Notes under the pieces: generated by a model | Database searches by the model: none | What the model saw: the letters and a program-made list of their open reading frames with translations, nothing else | Told to the model about the DNA's origin: nothing | Shown: positions 22,501 through 29,281 of the stretch, piece after piece | How positions within the stretch are numbered: the stretch's first letter is position 1 | How the letters are laid out: each line of letters opens with the position of its first letter | Made by a program: the position numbers and the translations under genes | Source: Trichonephila inaurata | Lineage: Eukaryota | Direction of reading: 5' to 3' | DNA: 29,281 bases | NCBI GenBank assembly: GCA_019973955.1 | Contig: BMAV01009759.1 | Coordinates: 96,532 to 125,812, forward strand

Positions 22501-23631
22501 TATATTGTATTAAAAAAAAGGGGAAAAATGCTTTTCTTAGTAAACATATTTAATTTTTAATGATAGAAATAGGGAGAAGTCTGGAAAGCCACAAACGTCT
22601 CTTAAAGCACAGAGTAAAAAAAGCAAACCCGCACAAAATATTCAGCGGCTTGGATTTATGAATCTTATTGACACAGTAATTTAATAATAAAAGTAGTAAA
22701 CTGAAGCAGGGCATGCACATAATTTTTTTTTATGTTGGAGGGGGGGTTAAGTTTTTTTTTTTGAAAAGAGATAAAAAGTGTTGAGACGTAATCTTTATGC
22801 TAAAGATTAAAAATCTGCTGTTGTATGAGGAGGAGGGAAGGAAGAATTGAACCCTCCATTCTTGTGTATAGATATCCTGCTTAGAATTTAAAGGAATTCA
22901 TGATTCCAAAAAGAGTGTTGTAGATTGTGATAAAGCACAGTGCTTCTCAAACTTTCAATATTTACGACCCAATTTTCAGTCAGAATTTTCATCGCGCCCC
23001 ACTTTCTTACAATAACAATGTATTGAATGTAATTATAATGTACTTTGATGGTAAAACTGCGATACAATACGACTTTAATTGTAAAAACCGTACTAATTAT
23101 CAAGATAAATATGAAGTTTTATATATAATTTTGTATATGACAAGCCCAAGGGAGTCACTAGTAATCACTAAACTTGTTTTTAATTGAATATTGATAAATT
23201 AACTATCAAATACTTTGTGCAGTACTGATACATTTATAAGTAGTGTATATTATATCAGTGAGAATGTGTATTTCATTTTTTATTACACAAGAATGTATTT
23301 TATTTTGTAATTATTTTAAATTGCAAGTTATTTTATTGAATTGATAATTATTTTAAATGTTTTATTTTCAATTTTTTGCGATATGCGCCCCCTCCCCCCA
23401 ATTAGGGTTATCACGCCCTTCTAAGGGGCGCGCCCCACAGTTTGAGAAACGCTGCGATAAAGATTTTATTTCGAGTTTTGAGAATAATTTAATAACCGTA
23501 TACATGAAACAAAATATGATTTGGGAAGAAAAGCCAAGTGATTTATATAATAATTTGGCCGATAGCTAAACGAAGATTTGATAATTTAGATATAAAAATG
23601 AAAGAGAATAATATTGGGTTTTTAATAAACA

Positions 23632-23782
23632 CTAGGCGGTTGGTTGTACGTTCTCTGTAATTTTAATTTTTTCTCTCTCCAATTTTTTGCACCCTAGACA
23701 TGTGCCTAAGCGGAAAAGCGGGCCTGCCTCATGCTGCCTGTATCGCTGGCCATATTGGACGTACAACCAATTGATCACCTAG
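23632..23782. mobile_element. Small MITE with ~25-bp terminal inverted repeats
   Basis: cactaggcggttggttgtacgttc at 23632-23655 is the reverse complement of ggacgtacaaccaattgatcacctagtg at 23756-23783. A GC-rich core of about 100 bp lies between them. Confidence 0.5.
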
Positions 23783-23951
23783 TGTTGTCTCTTTCTATGT
23801 ATTGTTGAACTAAACTTCACTTATTGTTTCATGCAATGTTTTCCTATTTTCATTACTTTTTACTTATGCGTTTGTTATGCTGGATTTTCTACGTCATACA
23901 GTACATTTTTCAGTTTCCTCTTGTGTATGTCTAATAGCTTTTTTAATATAG

Positions 23952-24236
23952 GGTCTGAAATTGATATGCACAGCTTCTGACTCATCTTGTGCTTTTCAAG
24001 TCTTAAGTGAGAGACTAATGCATGGATCTCCTGTAGAAATTCAACCATTATCTGTGATTGATCAACCAGATCGAACATGCATTGTAAAAAATTATCTGAA
24101 GCTATACGGAAAATCTCTTGATGAAAGTTCTTTTAACAATCAAATGTTATTAATGATAACAAAGAAAGACAGTGGTAATCCTCTCTATTTAAGATTGGCA
24201 TGTGATTTCCTTAGAAGATATGCATCATTTGAAAAT
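23952..24236 (+). CDS. NWD1: NWD1-like gene exon, NACHT core after Walker B (GLKLICTASDSSCAFQVLSERLMHGSPVEIQPLSVIDQPDRTCIVKNYLKLYGKSLDESSFNNQMLLMITKKDSGNPLYLRLACDFLRRYASFEN)
   Basis: Acceptor taatatag|g sits directly after an in-frame TAG, and donor aat|gtaagc; phase 0 to phase 0, contiguous with ...WLPLNLPQ. LKLICTAS is the hhhh(T/S)(S/A) sensor-1 strand. GNPLYLRLACDFLRRYASF matches the human NWD1 segment GNPGRLRLAFEEARKWASF. Confidence 0.85.
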
Positions 24237-24360
24237 GTAAGCTCACATTTTTCTCTTAAATGATATTTAAATTTTTCTTTTCCTATTTTTTAACTTCCAA
24301 AGCAATATTTTTTTGTAACTGTGTTTTTTAAGTGGTTTTCTGTTATTTTTTGTTATTTAG

Positions 24361-24493
24361 TTTATGTCCATGCTTCAGAGTTTACCATCGGCGATGTCTT
24401 TACTATTGCAAGAAATTATCCTACAAATGGAAAATGAATTTGGATCTATTCTTCTTCAGACTACTTTAATTTTGCTATGTATTACAAAAGAAG
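24361..24493 (+). CDS. NWD1: NWD1-like gene exon, NACHT winged-helix region (FMSMLQSLPSAMSLLLQEIILQMENEFGSILLQTTLILLCITKE-G)
   Basis: Acceptor tgttatttag|t and donor g|gtacgt, ending in phase 1. It matches the human NWD1 segment CTRLEQTHGQLLVAHVLGYIVSSRHG. Confidence 0.8.
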
Positions 24494-25254
24494 GTACGTC
24501 CCAAATAATTATTACCAAATTTTTCTATTTTATTAAATAACATATTGATTTTTCATCTGCTTTGGTCAATATTTACCCGAAAATATTCATTGGTTATCTG
24601 AAACATGGTTTTTTCTTAACTTATACCATTCTCTTTCTCTTTGTACAAGCTTTTATTCAGAAATTACAATAAAGCTTCTTTCAAGGTATTGTAGAAAACA
24701 ATTTTTACTGGTGTTTTACCTAAATTAATATTAAGATTTATTAAGGTACTATGCACAGGTGACTAAGAGCATTTTAGGACACTTCACAATTTTTGAATTC
24801 ACTTCTATAATTTTGCAGTGGTAAAAGTATCGCCTAGGGTTTTGTTTCTTTGTTACATACAATTTGCCGTCGCATTGAATTATTGACTTAGAAGCGTTTC
24901 TTCATTTGTTTAACTCAACATTTCTAAAAGTTCATAAGCAGGTATCATTCAGATTTGATTATATTTTCGCAGCATTTAACATTTCATTCACTTTTCCGCA
25001 TTACCGTTTGAATATAATTTCAGCTGATATGTATCAAATTGTTGGATTGGGTTTTATTTTATTAAAAAAACTTCAGTTGTTCTTCGTATTTATTCGTTTT
25101 ATAGAATTCTTGTTCATAGGTTGTTTGTGTCTGTTCCTTTTTAATATGAAGAAACACTAAGCACATTGGTTGGCATTATCCATATATATAAAGCAGAAAA
25201 GGGACTCACTCACCACGGGATTAAGAAGGAGTTATACACAAAAATTCCTGTTTC

Positions 25255-25660
25255 TTAATTATTATTATTAGACGCACTGGGTTGAAATTTGGTAAGCATG
25301 TTCTTTTCCTTGAGTAGAGATCTACCGACAGCAGGGTTTACCGAGATCGACTTCCGGGGCGGGGGAAGAGAAGGTGCATAAATAAAAAAAATTGTTTTTA
25401 AACAATTATACCTATAAACTTCAAATTTGTTTCATTTGTTGAGTAAAGATCCGCTAAGAACTGGTTTCATAGAAATCGACTACAGTGGGATTGCGGTGGC
25501 TAAGGGGCCGTATAGATAAGAAAATAACTGGTTTTGAACTATTAGACGTAGAAATTTGGTAATTATGCCTTTTTTGTTGAGAAGAGATCTGCTGAGAACG
25601 GGTTCCCCCTCGACTTTGCTCAAGGGGGAGGGATTACGGGGAACATAAAAAAATAAACAG
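25255..25660. repeat. Three diverged tandem copies of a ~135-bp satellite-like unit
   Basis: Each unit starts with agacgcactgggttgaaatttggtaa, ataaacttcaaatttgtttcatttg or agacgtagaaatttggtaattatg. Each continues ttgagtagagatctaccgacagcagggtt, ttgagtaaagatccgctaagaactggttt or ttgagaagagatctgctgagaacgggtt, and ends in a G-rich ggggcggggga or gggggaggga block plus an A-run. Confidence 0.6.
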
Positions 25661-25832
25661 ACTTTAGTTCTTACAAATTCCTTTTTAAACTAAGTGGCGG
25701 GAGTATATGGTTGTAATATATGGAAAAGGTTATTGGTAAGACTTATACCTCAATAACTGTACATTCATACATCATGAAATACCTAGTGAAGAGGACGGGC
25801 AATGCCTAGCTACTGATATATAAGTTGCAATA

Positions 25833-25857
25833 ACACACACATACACACACACACACA
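25833..25857. repeat. (CA)n microsatellite
   Basis: acacacacatacacacacacacaca read directly. Confidence 0.85.
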
Positions 25858-26513
25858 TGTGCGTGCACAGTATTATTAAAGGTGGTATTGAATTATTACC
25901 TTTAAAAATAATTTCCACATATTCTTCCATATCGTAGGAAATGAAATTCATATCTTTTTCAGTCTGTTTTTACAAAAAAAAAAAAAGAAAAAAAAGTTGA
26001 CTATGAAACATGGATTTATCATCCTATCTTTCTAATAAGCTTGAGAGAATTAAGAAATAAAACATTTTCATTCTTGAATCGTAAGCCATATTGCTTTTTA
26101 TTTTGTTAATGGATTGTAAAAAAATGTGAAGTAGTTTGACATATACAATCTGCAGTCTTTACAGATTGTAATCCTCCAAATAAACTTTTTTTTCTTTGGA
26201 AGAAATGTCTTTATTCATAATTAGAGCTTTGACTCTGTCAATGATGAATTAAGTAAAACTCTTAAAAAATTACATTTTTTCCCTTATGTTAAATGATTCA
26301 GTATTTCTTGAAAATTATGAAAATCTTCCAAGCATTTTAGACTTGTTTGTAATACTATTCTTAGGAAAAGGTAAGAATAGAATTTGTTGAAGTAATCTTG
26401 ATAGAAATCTTCCTCTATACAGCTCCAAATCAAAATATTCGAATAGCTCAAGAAGTCATTGTATTGTCATATAAGCTATTGAGACATTTGTGAAAGTAAA
26501 AAAATTGAGACGA

Positions 26514-26530
26514 ACAACAACAACAACAAA
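26514..26530. repeat. (CAA)n microsatellite followed by poly-A
   Basis: acaacaacaacaacaaaaaaaaaa read directly. Confidence 0.8.
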
Positions 26531-27589
26531 AAAAAAATGATCGTGTTTACAATAAGCTTACATATGATGCATATTGTTCATATACGTCTAAACAATCAAT
26601 TGAGATGTTATGAAAAAAAATTGTAATAAATGCAAAAAAAATATTTATGTAATATTCCTAGAGGCAATTAAAAATATTACAATATTTGCAAATTTTTGTA
26701 ATTTTCCTCCTTGGAAGATATAATTTGTGTAAATGGCGCCTCTGTAGAGCCGTAACGTGTAAAAACAAGGACGTGTGTGCAAGGGTGGGGTTTAAGGTTC
26801 AACCCTTTCCCCATAGACTTACAGATTTTTTAATTTTTAACGATTACGATTCTCAGCGATTTCATCTACGTGTTTTTAAAATATAACCTCCCCGCCCATT
26901 TATAAAATAAGTCCGTTTATGCCATTGATATAAAGGCTTGTTCGAAAGTCATCTTTAGTCAGTCGCGAATTAAAAATATGCCACATGAAGGACATACTTG
27001 GGCTGTACTAAGATTGGGATTGTAACTACCAAATAAGGGACTTTATAAACAAATGATTGCCCACGTAAAAGAATTGCTCTCGTGGAACTGTGTGAGTGAA
27101 GTATTCAGATTATTCTAATGATGGAAATTTTAAATACTGATGCAAAGAGTGTTTGTAGACGAGTAAGTATGATAAGACGACAGAATGTTGAAACCCATCG
27201 CGTGAAAAAAAAAAACATTTCAAGAACCTAAACCTCATAAATGGAAAGTAGTGAGAACAGGAAGGGGATGCCTTAACATCTAATATGAAACGATTCCAGT
27301 GACTTGTTTCCCCATAACGCATGCCCTAGACAAAATTGCTATTATTAAGCAAAAAAGGACAAGAGTATAATATGGAATTCAGGCCTGATAATAATTTCAG
27401 GCATAATTTTCATTGCCCTCCCCATGCAGTAACAATGTATTAATTGCAGTAATAATGTACATAGCTGGACACACAAAATGCAACACCCTGAAGGAAGCAT
27501 GCAAACTATATGAAATTTACATCATACGTTAGCAACGATGGAATATTCAAATCATTAGCATTATAGCGCAGACGCACATCATTACGGGT

Positions 27590-28310
27590 GACCACGCGAC
27601 AGCTCTATATAAGGGCAGAACAGATTGGTGATTTGAAGTAGAAGGAAAGTTGATTGGCAATTGTTTTTTCGTGCGGTTTCTTTTTTTTGCGTAAGCTGTT
27701 TACCTGTGCCTCTTAGAAGACTTCGAGCTTCTTTTGACTACGTTTCTGAATTCGACCGAGGAAGAATAGTAGCCAATAGGGAATGCGATTTATCCTTCAG
27801 AGAAATCGGCCAACGTGTTGGTTGAAACCAAGCAACTGGGATACGAATTTGTCATCGCTGGATGCAGGAGGAAACAACTGACCATCGGGGCCGATCGCAC
27901 CCACCTTGTTGCACCCACTGCCCGTGACTGCAGGTGGATTGTGCGCATGGCAGTGATGGATAGCACAGCCACATCACGAACCATAGCATGACAGATTCAG
28001 TCTGTTATGCATCATTCGGTGTTCACTCGTACCATTCGACGCCGTTTCCGCCGAGTGGAATTTCCGCAAGGCGTCCATTGCTTGGTTTACCCTTGACTGG
28101 AAACCATAGGCGTTTGCGCCGCCAATGGTGCGATGAACGGTGGACATGGACTACGGAATGAAACGACATTGTGTTTACTGATGAATCCCGCTTCTGCCTG
28201 CAACATCATGATGGTCGGATTAGAGTTTAAAGATACTTTGGTGAGAGGCCGCTGAACTGTTGCGTTATGCATCGCTACACTGTTCCTGCACCCGATATCA
28301 TGGTTTTATT
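27590..28310 (+). mobile_element. Second Tc1-like transposase pseudogene (different copy or family), 3-prime truncated, ending ~40 bp upstream of a host exon
   Basis: Shifted plus-strand frames give FDYVSEFDRGRIVAYRECDLSFREIGQRVG (HTH), RFPPSGISARRPLLGLPLTGNHRRLRRQWCDER.TW (second HTH and linker) and IVFTDESRFCLQHHDGRIRV.RYFGERPLNCCVMHRYT.PAPDIMV (start of the DDE domain). It is preceded by TATATAAGG at 27606-27614. Confidence 0.75.
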
Positions 28311-28349
28311 ATATGGTATTTATTCTAAGATTTTGTTTTTTCCTTACAG

Positions 28350-28528
28350 GCCTGGATGATGCAGATTTGCATTTGCTTCTTAGTATGGTGTTACTGGAAA
28401 AAGAAAAAGGAACCTTGCTTACTTATAAAAGTGCAATTGATCAAATAGCTAAACTGAAGCCTGATAATATGCTGTCTCATGTTACCTACTGTTCTTTAGT
28501 GCACACCATTTGTTCTTTTGCTTATGGA
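28350..28528 (+). CDS. NWD1: NWD1-like gene exon (G-LDDADLHLLLSMVLLEKEKGTLLTYKSAIDQIAKLKPDNMLSHVTYCSLVHTICSFAYGHNR)
   Basis: Acceptor ttccttacag|gc; its first two bases complete GGC (Gly) with the previous exon. Donor agg|gtacat, ending in phase 0. GLDDADLHLLLS matches the GLSEAELKDVLS motif of human NWD1 in the NACHT C-terminal helical region. Confidence 0.8.
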
Positions 28529-29281
28529 CACAACAGGTACATTAAAATAATTCGCTTATGGTTAGTTTATTTTTGCAGTAATTTTGTATTAGAATTTTGA
28601 ATACCATAAAAATTTTTGTAAAAAATGAAAAAAATAAATAAAAACAATCGAAGCAGTTTGCATAATGTGTGAAATAAGTAAAAGTGAGGTGTTTATCTAA
28701 TGAAATTCTCGATTTTGGTCTATATTTTCAAGTTTTCCATCCATGACAAAAAAGTTAAGAGGCAAATTGTTTTAGGTTGGATAAAATTATAGTCACTCAT
28801 TGATTAAAAAATTTGTACTGAAGCGAGGGCAGTGAGTTTTCCGTGGTCGATTCCACTGAATAGACTATTGTCTTTTTAGGTGGTGTTTCCATCTGAATGG
28901 TTAGTATTATTGTCCATCTCAGGATAATCCCATGGATTTACTTGAGAGGAGCATTATCTGACTGTTTACTTGTAATAAAAATAATGGTTAGATATAACAT
29001 GACTTCAGAAGAGTAATGAAGATTGACCTAAACAGTTTATTAAAGGGTTGTAAGATAGAAAGTGCACACAGCAAAAGTACAATGAAAGAATATTGTTTAG
29101 TTTCATATCTCAATTAGAATCAGTTGAGCTGTTTTAGAGTAAGTTTTTAATTTAAAGTAAGTAACTTAGTTTAGTTTGATCGTTAGATTTTTATGATTTA
29201 TCAGAAATGTTAGAGAGCTTTAGTTTTTGTTTTTAGAGATATTTCTATTCAGAGTATCACATGACGCTGTATATGTTACCG

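Noticed and set aside
27790-28272. Minus-strand ORFs 27790-27984 and 28087-28272 (and similarly 4649-4894, 6458-6709, 18850-19077)
   Set aside because: They overlap GC-rich transposase or SINE sequence on the opposite strand. They are antisense ORFs typical of GC-rich insertions in an AT-rich background and have no recognisable motifs.
1-29281. Prokaryotic-style features (operons, CRISPR arrays, RBS or terminator calls)
   Set aside because: The sequence has spliced exons with GT-AG introns, Tc1/mariner elements, SINEs and microsatellites, so it is clearly eukaryotic nuclear DNA. No repeat-spacer periodicity occurs anywhere.

Overview
This window is AT-rich (about 70% AT) eukaryotic, metazoan-type nuclear DNA, not a prokaryotic locus. 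It holds most of one plus-strand, multi-exon gene for a NACHT-type STAND NTPase of the NWD1 family (NACHT and WD repeat domain-containing protein 1). I can trace an N-terminal DUF4062-like domain (VRIFISSTFKDMHCERD ... VDLRWGISE ... DLFIGIIGERYG) in spliced exons. After it come a P-loop (Walker A) exon (GIFLVTGTPGCGKTTFV) and a Walker B exon (DFVLVIDGLDHLP ... DWLPLNLPQ). The exon after Walker B encodes GLKLICTASDSS ... GNPLYLRLACDFLRRYASF, and the two final exons encode SLPSAMSLLLQEII ... CITKE-G-LDDADLHLLLS. Codon phase is consistent across 10 of 11 exon junctions. The gene is partial at both ends: no start codon was found, and the C-terminal WD40 exons lie beyond the window. Its introns are large, up to 8.5 kb, and full of decayed mobile elements. 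These include a gag-like CCHC remnant and an extremely AT-rich reverse-transcriptase remnant, a tRNA-derived SINE with A and B boxes, and two Tc1-like transposase pseudogenes. There is also an internally deleted mariner with intact 65-bp TIRs and TA duplications, mariner and Tc1 fragments, a GGGCCC-rich palindrome-bearing MITE family with at least four copies in both orientations (one nested inside a Tc1 pseudogene), a second small MITE, a 3-unit ~135-bp tandem satellite, and several microsatellites. The main unexplained point is that no phase-compatible exon joins the Walker A and Walker B exons. The only homologous-looking coding segment between them (about 14960-15045) cannot be spliced in frame with canonical sites. 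I found no RNA genes (apart from the SINE's tRNA-like head), no CRISPR array and no prokaryotic operon structure.
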